A stretch of 62,538 nt of DNA, the filler included, from Gonapodya sp. JEL0774 (lineage: Eukaryota): NCBI GenBank assembly GCA_027604505.1. It is 28 parts of 28 records of this genome, joined end to end, with 100 filler letters (N's around TTAATTAATTAA, not from the genome) between each part and the next. Parts side by side here need not be neighbours in the genome. Positions count along the whole stretch, not along the records: positions 24,716 to 26,854 come from JADIIX010002206.1; positions 26,955 to 29,092 come from JADIIX010002207.1; positions 29,193 to 31,326 come from JADIIX010002208.1; positions 31,427 to 33,560 come from JADIIX010002209.1; positions 33,661 to 35,794 come from JADIIX010002210.1; positions 35,895 to 38,028 come from JADIIX010002211.1; 22 more parts are not named here. One strand, 5' to 3'. Numbering within the stretch: the stretch's first letter is position 1; each line of letters begins with the position of its first letter. The notes beneath the pieces are model-generated. The model did not search any database, was not told the origin of the DNA, and worked only from the letters and a program-made list of their open reading frames with translations. The position numbers and the translations under genes are program-made. Positions 24,716-36,375 of this stretch are shown one piece after another.

Positions 24716-25313
24716 TCTTATGCGGGATACACTAACTGAATATCTCACATCGTTTAATCTCGGCTCCAAGCACATTATTGGTTTCTACCTCAATTACCTC
24801 CGTTTCACAAACGCCCTCACTCCATCTGATATTCGTTTTGCGTACCTCACCTCCATCTCGGGCTCCTTTGCCACAACCATCGCTGCGTTTCTCCACACTC
24901 TGCGTTTCAAGGGGTACTTACCAGGCTGGATTGCTTACTCAATCTACGCTTCTTCATTTTCAATCGGAGCTGCTGCGTTCGTCTTCAAGGGATATGATTG
25001 GTTGTTTGACCACCCATGGATTCTCCTGACAGCGGTGGGCGGTATGCTCATCAATCGTATCCCACGATCAAACCGCTACTTTGACGCGTATCAGATCGTG
25101 GTCATGTTGCTCTTCCACTGGGGTCTGGTAAATACGGGTGGCTCCTGGCGTGATGTTGGGTCAGTGTTTCGAGCTGAGCTGGAGTGGGTGCTCAGAGACG
25201 GTTTTGTGGACGGCAAGTGGGTCGACGTTGGGACCACTTTGGCCGGAAGGGGCAAAGGTATGCTGGCAGAAATTGTGCATAATCCGGCGGGCATGGCAGG
25301 GAAATTATGGTGA
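24716..25313 (+). CDS. Uncharacterised multi-pass membrane protein, C-terminal part
   Basis: 197-aa hydrophobic ORF with SKHIIGFYLNYLRF and FATTIAAFLHTLRFKGY. Confidence 0.7.
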
Positions 25314-25672
25314 AATTGAGGCGGCAGTTGTGCAGTGCCAGTGATTGACGAACTCGGCCACTTCACGCACCAACATGTATTGGTCGTGACCATCCCAAGA
25401 AACCTTTCGTCAGTTGAATTTCTTTTGGAGTTGTATGAGTTAGAGTAGTAGAGCTTATAATTGGTTGTGAGCTTCTGCCATTGGTGTTGGGCTGTAACAT
25501 GTCGAACATACGTTGTGTTAAACCATCTTCACTGCAATGTGTATTGTGCATATCGGAGTCTGCAACATGTTAAGGTGCTTCTGGTTGGGTCCTTCTCGGC
25601 GCTGAGGACAAGTCGGCACTTCAATTGGGTTGGGCGAAGTAAGGATTACGTTTCTGTTTCCATTCCCACACG

Positions 25673-26854
25673 ATGACCCAAGAGTACGAAGGGGAGGACT
25701 CTGGATTCGATGAATCCGGAACATTGCGAAAGCGGCCCGCTGCAAATGAAAACAACCAACATCTTGTTGGCAAGAACTCAAAAGTCGACGGTGCGGACAA
25801 CGGGTCCAAAGGACCGCAGCACCGAGATTTGGCATTCTACGTTCGAGGATTTTTGCGACTCTTCTTCACGAAAAAGTTCGCAGCGCATCGGTTGATCGGG
25901 TTGGCGTTCTTGGTTCAGGTGGGCACGGTGCTTTTGACGATGACCTTCGGGTGGATGGGAGAACAGGCTGCCTGCGAACAGAATCGTCCCATCAAGATGA
26001 GGTGCATTGGCTGCGATCTATCGTGGTGTTTTGTTCCATCAAATACCAGCAGATGTGTTGCAGATGTTCAGGATACATCGATCGTTCTGCATTTGTACCC
26101 TTGGGTTTATTCTATATCGGATCCGCCACTCCTTCCTGTGGCGGTTTGGGTCATTTTCGTCGAAACTTGCGAGGGAGATGCCTCAGGTTCTGCGATTGAC
26201 GTGACGTACTCAGAGTTCATGGTACTTGGTACAACTATCTCATAACATCTGCTCATTTTTTCAGTACATTGTTTTGGTCGTCTCGTACTTGGTTGATTAC
26301 GACAAGTACTTCAGAAATAGTGTACTCCTCACAACTATGCCGATTACAGTACGCTTCGCTTCACACCACTCGCGGCAATTTACGTATGCTCACATCTTAC
26401 TTCAACGGTGCACAGGGAATTGCTCAAACCATAACCGCCATTGTCACGTTCACTTTCCTTCCCAAGAAGAAGGACGGTGGATACGTCAATGACGTTGGAG
26501 CGATTTCTTATTTCTTCGTAGTAGAAAATGTGAGTGGCTCGTGGAATACGCAATTGCATTGCTCGGTGTTACTGGCATTCCCTTAATGGCTCAACGCTCG
26601 TCCATATCGCTAATGCCAACGAATTATATATTGCTTGTTCGCCCTCAATGAAGCTCTTTTTCGCCCTGATTCTGACTTGGCAATACTTCTACATCAGCGA
26701 ATCGTACTATCCCTTCATTAAAACGCACCTTTGGCCCTTGGAGTACCTGTTTGTCTTTCTGACTTACTGGTGGCGACCTCTCTTCCCGGTCACGAGCATT
26801 TCGGACGGTTTGGATGGGCTTAGGAAAGAAAGGAGTACCTACAACTTCTACGTG
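25673..26854 (+). CDS. Uncharacterised multi-pass membrane protein, N-terminal part (spliced)
   Basis: In-phase exons AHRLIGLAFLVQ|YIVLV...|GIAQTITAIVTFTFLPKKKDGGY...FVVEN|LFFALILTWQY... Confidence 0.7.
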
Positions 26855-26954
26855 NNNNNNNNNNNNNNNNNNNNNNNNNNNNNNNNNNNNNNNNNNNNTT
26901 AATTAATTAANNNNNNNNNNNNNNNNNNNNNNNNNNNNNNNNNNNNNNNNNNNN

Positions 26955-28525
26955 GTCAATGTGCAGTACCTCTGTGACACGAATGCAGTTCGGGATGACG
27001 TATGCCGATCTTCGGATATTGGGAACTTTATCGTTCGATCCAACTCCTCGATATTCGCTCCCATCAGAACTGTGAACTACAAATTTCGCTCGGATCCATC
27101 TGTGATCCTTCCCAAGACTGTCACATACGCCGTGAACGTTACGGGATACTACTGCGTGGCTGCGATTTCGACAACCGATGACTTTGACGAGACAGGGGAG
27201 GAGTTTTTGGCTCTGGCGTGGTTCAAGAATCCTTACGGTGAACTGCCCGGCGCGGAGTATCACAAACTACCCTTTTACGGCATCATGAGCATACTCTATC
27301 TCGGGGTGGGAATGATCTGGATGATCCTCTGCTTCGTCCATTGGCGTGAGATTCTCCCCATCCAAAGCTATCTTTCGGTGGTGATTTTCTTCATTATGCT
27401 GGAGAATGCTTTCACTTACGGACACTACGACTACTTGTGAGCAATCTTCGTTGGGCGAGTTGAGGTCACACTCACAATCCCAATTGTCATGCAACTTCAG
27501 TAACACCCACGGCGCACCGTCGAATTTCCTCCTTGTTCTGGTCGTTGTACTGAGCGCTGGTCGCAACACCGCGAGCCTTTTCATCTTGCTCATTGTATCC
27601 CTGGGTTTTGGTGTTGTGAAGCCAACCTTGGGGAGTACAATGCAGCGCTGCATAGGCCTGGCATGGATTCATTTCGTGTTTGGCAACTTGTACATTGCAG
27701 GGCAGATGGTCAGTGCGGAGTTCACACTTTTCAATGTAATGTTGTTTGGTGAGGAACCGCCCGCATGTCTGGTGAATGTTCCGCGTATTCCCGCCACCGA
27801 CAAATACCATCTCTTCTAGTGCTTCCTGTAGCCCTTGCCATGACTGTCTTCTATATATGGACCATTAGTGCGCTTACTCAAACGATTAAAATCTTGGAGC
27901 TCAGGCGCCAAGTCTACAAACTGCAAATGTACCAGTCCCTGTATCGCCTTCTTATCGCAGCCATGGCTGGTCTTGCCGTTTACCTGGCCGGAATGACAAT
28001 ATTTTTCCGAAATCACCGGGACGAGGCATGGTTACCGAGGAACTGGAAGTTACGATGGTCAGCATTCTCCGCGTGAGAGAGCTAATTCCAACTCTTACTC
28101 TCCGTGATATGTTATCTTCACACTCCAGGTTTTGGACAGAAGGCTACATGAACATTGAATACGCGATTGCCTTCTGGACAGTTCTCTTCCTGTGGCGGCC
28201 CACCGCGAATAACTCCCGATACGGACTCCTCCTTCCCATGTCAGATGAGGAAGCTCTGGACGATGACGACTACGAAGCTGGAGATGTTGGTTTGGGGGTG
28301 ACGAATGCTCAGAAGAGAGACCTCGCGGGGAAGGGCAATGGATACTCTGAAGAAGATGCTGAGGAAGAGATATTACAATGGGCAGAGAAGAACTTGGGTC
28401 AAGATGCCAATGGCGTGGAACATCGGGACGGTGGTGTTGGTGACTCTGGTGAGGATGTTGACGAACAAGTGGAGGATGATGACGAAGCAAAACTTATAAG
28501 AGACGAACAAGTAAAATTACAATAG
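26955..28525 (+). CDS. PTM1: PTM1 / lung seven-transmembrane receptor family protein (5' truncated)
   Basis: TGYYCV, FKNPYGELPGAEYHKLPFYG, EILPIQ, AGRNTASLFILLIVSLGFGVVKPTLG, LWRPTANNSRY, acidic tail. Confidence 0.92.
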
Positions 28526-28643
28526 CATTGATTCTGTTACCGCGTCAATCGTCGACCTATCCCGAAGGGTGTTGTTGTATAACCTCCGCAGGGAGGAGGT
28601 GTCAACACCAAGCAGGGAGGCAGGCAATAGTCTCATAAAATCG

Positions 28644-29092
28644 ATGTCGGCCCAGAACCCGTTTTACTTCTTGAACGGGAATGGAGTAGCACAGACAACT
28701 GGAAATCCTGCTCTTACTCATGCGAGAGGATCATCACTTGGACGCTCCCCTGGGTACGAAACACCAACTGGAGCACCCCCCTCACTGCCATCGAGAGCAG
28801 CGCTCGTGGGACTCCCACATGGCAAGGATGCGTTACAAACGGAAGATTTGATCCTGAAGCAGCGTATTCAGGACCTTGATGTGAGTGGTGGACTTGCGTC
28901 GATGTTTCTCCGAACTTCTAAACACTTCCTGACGCCATCAGACCAGATTAGCTCGTGAAGCCTCTGTGAAAACTGGTTAGCTAGTTACTCGATTGGCGAG
29001 CCACTATTTCTTCATTTCAACCTTCGACTGTCCTGATCACCACCTCCACTTTGTCTCATTTGCTTCCCCTTGTACATTGCTAACCTAGGGAT
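28644..29092 (+). CDS. Hypothetical protein, 5' exon
   Basis: MSAQNPFYF...LKQRIQDLD followed by GTGAGT donor. Confidence 0.35.
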
Positions 29093-29192
29093 NNNNNNNN
29101 NNNNNNNNNNNNNNNNNNNNNNNNNNNNNNNNNNNNTTAATTAATTAANNNNNNNNNNNNNNNNNNNNNNNNNNNNNNNNNNNNNNNNNNNN

Positions 29193-29586
29193 CAGTACTG
29201 TCGGGTGATGGAGATCCGTTCGGTGACACGTCAGTCGGATCATGCGAATCTGACAGCCAGGCGTCTGACGACGCTGCTGTTTTGAACCAACTTACCTTGT
29301 CAGCAGTATCAATAAAGTTGATCCCCATTTCCCACGCTGCTTGCAGCAGTTCGATGCTTTCCGGTTCATCCAACGCCCAATCGAGAGCTTTCTTTGAACC
29401 GAGAGTCATTCTGTCGCAAGAACCATCACGATCATCCGTCTTGAGACACAAACAAAAACAGGCATTCCCATCAAGAGCGATCGCTGAAACCCACGTGCCC
29501 AAACAGAGTCGGGAGACTTTGAGACCTGTGTTCCCCATACGAACAAATTGCATCTTGGGCGTCCCGTACGGAGTCACGACGGTCAT
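29193..29586 (-). CDS. Aldo-keto reductase (aryl-alcohol dehydrogenase-like), 5' part
   Basis: MQFVRMGNTGLKVSRLCLG, AWEMGINFIDTAD. Confidence 0.93.
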
Positions 29587-29881
29587 GATTGAAAACACTT
29601 GGAAGTCTCTAACTTGCAGCGGATGGGTTATTAAGAGAAACTCAATCCGAATTTGAGAAATACTGACTGATCGGAGTTCGCGCGATCACACCCGCACAGA
29701 GTTTGAAAAGGCCACAGTACCTCTGGTCTTCGTGTTCGCGTCAAGTACAAATACAGGTTTCAGCGCAGATGTCGTGGATTCTATATCTAAGGACGCATAC
29801 GGATACGTATTCTAGAGACGCGACCTCCAAATCGCAGGTGCAGCACCGAATGCAATACGTCAACAGGTCAAGAGGCACCGC

Positions 29882-31326
29882 TCACCGACCCAACGCGTTC
29901 ATAGCAATTTCAAAAGCCGCAAACGTCGCTGCGTTGACGGGTGCTGCACGCAGCATACAAGGGACGAAACCTCTGAACAAACCCTTGGCACCTTCCGAGC
30001 GCAGGGTGGACGTGACACAGTGGATGGCGGATCGATAGGCGCGTTTGGTAGGGTCGAGGCTGTCAAGCTGGATTTTGGCTTTGACGACACTAAAGTGGAG
30101 TGGAGTATGCGAGTGAATAAAGTGAACTCGAGCTCGATACCTACCGTCCCCCACGAATGATGGCGAGAGCTCACTCGACGGGATAACATGCAATCCAGAA
30201 CGCAAATCCGGCAATGGCTCCGAAGCCCATGGATTGCGCGGTAGGGAGCTTGGATCGGTCGGATATGTTGTTACGTTGCAGGTATCGTTGGACAAGACTT
30301 TCATAGGTGAGGTAGTACGCGCCTAGACAGCGGAAGGACGGGGGAAGTGCGATCCAGGAGTAGGAGAATTACGTGCGGTCATTATGTGGAGGGTTCGTGA
30401 TGAGAATTCTATTGTTAGAAAGAGACACGTCTCCGACAACAACCGAAAATGCTCACCGTACGAGAGAACCTCCCTCGGAATTGTGACAAACTGCCCCTTC
30501 CAAACACCCCTGATGCCCGCCTCTCTATAAATCGACCTGATGGCATCCACCGGCCCTTTATAAAACGTGTTCCCCGCCGCCCGTGCCTCAGCCTCCGAGG
30601 TCTGCACCTGTAGCCGTATCCGAATATGCTCCACAGGAGCGACGATAAACGACGTCGACAGGCCCGATACAGCCCCAGCGAGGGCGAATTGCCAGGTCGA
30701 GAACGGAGGCGGGGTTGTGGCGGACCGTTCGGAAGGTGGGATGGAAGAGAGGTTCATGGTGTTGAAGAAGCGTTTCATGTACTCGTTGGTGAAGAATTGG
30801 ATGGAGACGCAGGCGCCGACGCCGATGAGGGGGGTGAGAGTACCTCTGGTGAATCGAACGGTTTAGTTCCTTCAGCAGGAATCCCACAAAGTGGTTCGGG
30901 ACATCACCCGGTTCTGGGCTTTGCATCATAGGCGATTGCGTGACATATAGTGTCGAGAATTATAGCCATTCCAGTGGATGGCTCTCCGAAGAGACATAGT
31001 CTCGACGAGACCAGTACGACGAAAACAAGTGGTTCACTCACTTGTAGAACGCCGCGGCGCCCTCCCGCCTGTACGTCTTCACTACCGCATCAGCTGGCCC
31101 ATTGTACAGAGGTTTTGTGGTGGATTGGGTCTGCAGCCGTACTTTGATGGTGTCGAACGGCTGCAAGTGGTGTCATTGGGGTGAATCGATCCAATCACAT
31201 GGACAGGGAGGTGGGAATCACAACGATGGCGGGCAAAGATGGTACGTAATCGCTCACTTGACCGATGAGGACCTACGAGGACGGGAAAGCGCAGAGTCAC
31301 GACGAATTCCGACCCCGTGAACATCA
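29882..31326 (-). CDS. Mitochondrial carrier, YMC1/carnitine-carrier-like (5' truncated)
   Basis: Three PxD/ExxK/R repeats (PFDTIKVRLQ, PVEHIRIRLQ, YPVD|VVKAKIQ); GVGACVSIQF; RAAPVNAATF. Confidence 0.93.
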
Positions 31327-31837
31327 NNNNNNNNNNNNNNNNNNNNNNNNNNNNNNNNNNNNNNNNNNNNTTAATTAATTAANNNNNNNNNNNNNNNNNN
31401 NNNNNNNNNNNNNNNNNNNNNNNNNNAAATAAATACCGGGAACATAGGGCAATGGAGTCAAACAGCGGGTCCTCGTCATTCAGAACACTTCCTCAGAGCT
31501 CTTAGAGACCGTACGTAGCGATTTCAATTATTCAAGTCACCGAACCACTTTCGCTTGTGATGTTCCCCTTCTGTACGGTTGTGTCGTCTCAGTCAATATA
31601 CCTCCACGCACGCCACACAATAATGTATCGCTGTTCGATCAAACCATTATTCACCCTTGCCGTTTTGGGACACCTCAATCCATCCGATCTTCCCCATCTA
31701 TTCGCTTATTGCTCTCCCAATTTCATTCGGCTTGGGGCTCGACACTACGTTTCTCGTTCCCTCAGGCGATTCGATTCGTTAGTAGAGCTGAACACGACAT
31801 CCATCAACCATCAGCAAGTGGCTGGTACTTTATCCAG

Positions 31838-33560
31838 ATGTCCGCAACGCATTCTTCTCCAATACAGGGAGCGGACGACCCGACATCGACAAAAAGATCA
31901 CTGCAGGAATGGGAGCTGAATCCGCAGCTCGTCCAAGTCACCGATCGTCTACTTGGGTCGGGCGGATACGGAAACGTATACTATGGAACTTTCATCATCG
32001 GGAGGCACCCTGTTGCTGTGAAAATTTTGCGTGCTGATGTGGATGTGGGAGAAAGTGTTGGTTTGGAAATGAATTTCAAAGAAGCACAAGTCCAAAGCCA
32101 AACAAATTCACTTCTTCTAGGGATTTCTGCAAGAAATAAATGCATGGAGACTAATGAGGCATCCAAATGTCCTTGAGCTCACAGGTGTGCAGAGGACTTA
32201 TTTGTTGCTCACATGTCAGTATATCTGTCATCATTTGTGTTCTGATACTCACTCTGCTTGCAGGAGCCTGCATATCTGGGATTGCTCGACCATTCATGGT
32301 TGCTCCCCTGATGGACAATGGTGATATCTTAAATTACCTGGGTAGAATCAATCCAAACGCAAACAAAATCAAGCTTGTTGGTGGAGTTCAAATATTTTCC
32401 TACTATGTCTAAAGCGGGCCAAGTTAAATTCTTTATGTTATAGCTCTGGGAAGCAGCATCCGGACTATGGTATCTTCATTCCAAGGGCATGGTGCATGCA
32501 GATTTCAAACCTAGCAATATCCTTATATCTGCAGATGGTCATGCTATAGTTGCAGATTTTGGATTTGTCAAACAGGCTGGAGATGGTATTACAAAGGGGC
32601 GTGGAGGTACTGCAAGCTTTATGCCACCCGAGAGACTTTTGGATGGTTGGGACACAGATAATATTATTACTGAGAAGACAGATATATATGCCTTTGGAAT
32701 CACAATTTTCCAGGTGAGATTAATTTGTTACAGAGAATGGCATTTTGCACTTTGTATGTAATTGGTTGGATACCCAAGGTGTGGACACTACTTCCTCCAT
32801 ATGGGGCAGCAACTCAGTCCACCTCAGAGGAGCAAAATCAACTCTTTGAGGATATAGCACTCAAAGAATTCCGACCTGACATGTATTACAAAATGCACCA
32901 TCCTGAACTTAAACCACTCTTGAATATGCCGGAAGAGCTTCTCAATCTAATGAAAGATTGCTGGGCAACTGATCCAAATTTAAGGCCTGAGAGCTTCTCT
33001 GTTATTTGTGATGTTCTAGAGGATTTGTAGGTTAATTTGTTTTGTGATGACCATGGATAATTGACCAGTTGATACTTCAATCTAGAGTGACTGCAACATC
33101 TGGGACTGAATCTTTGACAGAAGTGGACAGGATCAAGGTGGCTCTTGAGCCACTTGCATCAGTGGCACAGAATGCTGGCTCTGAAATACAATATGCTCTA
33201 GCATCTATGTTTGCAGGAAAAATCAAGGGATTCCCACAAGATCTACTCAAAGCAATAGAGTGGTATCAGAAAGCTGCAGATCAAGGACATACAGAAGCAC
33301 AAAATGATCTTGGGTTTTACTTTTACATTGGCTTTCCAGGTGCGGGAATACCAAAGGATAGCAGAAAGGCAGCAGAACTGTGGGAAAGGGCAGCATCAAA
33401 AGGCCATGTTGATGCATGCCACAGTCTTGGTCACATGTATGATGAAGGAGATGGTGTTGAAAAGGACATCAAAAAAGCCCATATGTTCTGGACACAAGCT
33501 GCAACAGGTGGAGATGTTCACTCTCACATTGATATGGGAGAAGCTTACCTGTATGGGAAA
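31838..33560 (+). CDS. Tyrosine-kinase-like protein kinase with C-terminal Sel1 repeats (3' truncated)
   Basis: LGSGGYGNVY, VAVK, HPNVL, HADFKPSNIL, DFG, MPPE, DIYAFG, CWATDPNLRP; Sel1 repeats (AIEWYQKAADQGHTEAQNDLG, WERAASKGH). Confidence 0.93.
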
Positions 33561-34394
33561 NNNNNNNNNNNNNNNNNNNNNNNNNNNNNNNNNNNNNNNN
33601 NNNNTTAATTAATTAANNNNNNNNNNNNNNNNNNNNNNNNNNNNNNNNNNNNNNNNNNNNACCACAGTGACCGGCCACTGAGTGCAGCACCGCTGCCCGC
33701 ATCGCGAACTCCCTCGCACACAGTAACTATTGCACGAGGACGTTGCCGCAGACGAGGGAGAGAGGAGAAGAGATCTCACCGTAATTGCAAGTTCCGAAAT
33801 GCAAAGCAAAGTGAACTGAAACTAAAGTACCCAGATTAAACATGACCACCTAGGGAATATTGGCGACACCACTGCGAGCCAGGGTGACAATGAGGATGAG
33901 GTTAAAGGTTGCGTACCTGTGACCACTCCCGTGAGCCGGCACGACGATAAGAACAAGGCAAGCGAAGAAGCAGAAGCTGGGGGCGGGGGCGGGGGGGCGT
34001 CTTCAACCGTCTACACATTTATCATGCTCATCATACGTCTTGTATAAGTACAACCGCCACTTCGCCAGCATGGTATCACACAGGAGAATCAGAGCATTTC
34101 GAGATTTTTATCGGAAACGAGTCAATTTGTGCATTGTCGTCAAATCTGTGTGAATATGCGACTTTTGACACAATCTTGCTTGACCCGGAGAAATGACAGG
34201 GCCACATGGAACACTGAAGAGAAAAAGATGTGCGTCATTCTGCGGAATGACTGGTGGGCTCTGCAGATTTCTCGCCCATTGTTGATTTTTGCGAAGTTTC
34301 CGTACAAAGTATTGCCAACGTGAACACCGTGCACCTCAGTTCAAAACGCCAGTGCATCTGGCAACAGATAAATCCCCACAAATCATACATGAGA

Positions 34395-34620
34395 TGGCTA
34401 ACCCCACTGAAGGATGTATCCGTAACAACCGGCTAGTACCGACGAGTGCCTCAGGCCGCCTCGGGAAGCTCGTTCCCTCGTTCGAGGCCGTCCTCGGAGG
34501 GCGAGTGTATCCCAAGCGGTAGAAAGTCGGGTCCCCGCGACGGGGATAGCCCCTTTATGGACGGAAGGGGGGCCCGGGTTGCCCTCATGCGCTTCCGGAG
34601 GGGCCCACGTGGCTTTTAAC
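34395..34620. ncRNA. Candidate structured non-coding RNA of unknown family
   Basis: GC-rich island with nested complementary segments and a downstream TTTT; no family matched. Confidence 0.25.
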
Positions 34621-36375
34621 ATCTCCTAGGCAGACGCAAAACTTCCGGGGGGAACATGTCAAACTGAAACCAATGAAAACACAACTTGAAGACTCCGGCT
34701 TTCGCGACGCGTCCACGGCGTCTCGAACAAGTCACAAGAGAAGGAGAGTATGCTGGCTCGAAGATGTCGCGTGGAAGCGGCCGCTTTTGGTGGCTGGCGT
34801 TTGAGACTCCCGCTTGCGTCTGACAAGCGGCATCCAACAGAAGATGACAGAGGACCGACATCCACGGCCCGGAGCTACCATGAAATTGCGAATGCCATTG
34901 TGTCTTTCCAATGGCCGTGGGTTTTCCATCACTTGACGGCGGACGGACCGTGGTTGATTTGTGTTGAACGGTGTTTATCACGGCGGTCTGTGCCAGCAGT
35001 TTTGCACAAATGACTATAGAAGTTACCTACACTTTGACAATCTTCATTGCGCTGCAGATTGAATGGATTGCTATCTTCACCTGCACATTACAACGTGTGG
35101 GGAACGTTTATCGTGACGCCGTAAACATTGATGACCTGCAGGTCTTGCGCTGTTGCAGCCGCATTCACAACTATGACAACTGCATCCCACGCTAGCGCCT
35201 TCAAGTCCGATTTGACAGTGGGAACAATGTTGCGGAACGCCCCGGGAATCTTCAAACCGCAATAGTCAACCCGTGCGAAATCGTACGTTTCCTGATCTTT
35301 ATCTTGATGCTCCATATGCTTCCGGCCTTATTTGCCGTGTGTAGGTATACCAAGTGCGGTGCGGCGCCAACTACATGTCAAGTTGGTAGAAAATGGTGTT
35401 GGGGAAAAAGGCATATAACAATTGCCACTGTGGACAGTGCCTTTTATTCCATCAAGTTCTCGTTTGATGTTGGCCATTTCTAATTGATAGGCCGTTGTGC
35501 GCCCACCAATAACCCGCACGGGTCATCACCTCCACAAAAGTCTGGGAGCTGCATCAATTGGAATGCAAAATCTATCGCACTATATCGTAAATGTACTCTT
35601 CATATGTACTACCAAGCAAGGTGCCCGCTGCTATTAGTGCTCGCTTACGGAAACATTGCATTATTAGCTGCCAGAACTTCCGATAGATTCATCACCACTG
35701 AAGTACTCACCACAAGGAAATACGTTGGACAGAGGCAAATCCTCCATTCTCGGTCACACTTCTCTCTTTTGAAAGCTCCATGACATGCCTCTTGNNNNNN
35801 NNNNNNNNNNNNNNNNNNNNNNNNNNNNNNNNNNNNNNTTAATTAATTAANNNNNNNNNNNNNNNNNNNNNNNNNNNNNNNNNNNNNNNNNNNNTGGACA
35901 TGTGTACCCCGTCCACACACACGATCCTACCTCACCCGTTGCATAATTCAGACGGGTGAAAATCTTATCGGCGCACCTTTGTGCGGGGGATGATCTGCAT
36001 GTGGTGTCTGGTTTGGGTGCGGTACGAGAGGGAACCGGTTGATACCGTAGTTGATACCGAGACGGGGAGGATGAAACGAAGTCGAAGCATAGACACCGTG
36101 AATGTACTTTTCTCTGTAAACTTGAAATGAAGAATCTTACAATCCGTCGTGGTGATGTATGTGCACATCCCACGATGCCCAATACCACCAAGTCCGTCTT
36201 TGGAGAATTCGGCTCGCACAACTGAAGCCATAAATCTAAATTATACCAAACACCCGGAAAACTACTCAAAAGTAAGGACAATACGAAAACGAGAACCAAC
36301 CGCCCGCCGAGAGACGCACAGCACAACCTTGCTGTTGAACACCATGCGCCCTCTCATCAACTCCACGGTGGTCGA

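Noticed and set aside
34395..34410. Telomerase template (CTAACCC)
   Set aside because: Continues CTAACCCCAC, lacking the 1.5-repeat alignment needed for TTAGGG.
34440..34515. HDV-like or hammerhead ribozyme
   Set aside because: No GG for P1.1, wrong L3 length, and no CUGANGA core.
34612..34686. snR30/U17-like 3' hairpin (CATCTCCTA...AAACCAA...ACA)
   Set aside because: m1 does not match AUAUUCCUA, no H box upstream, and the closing stem is weak.
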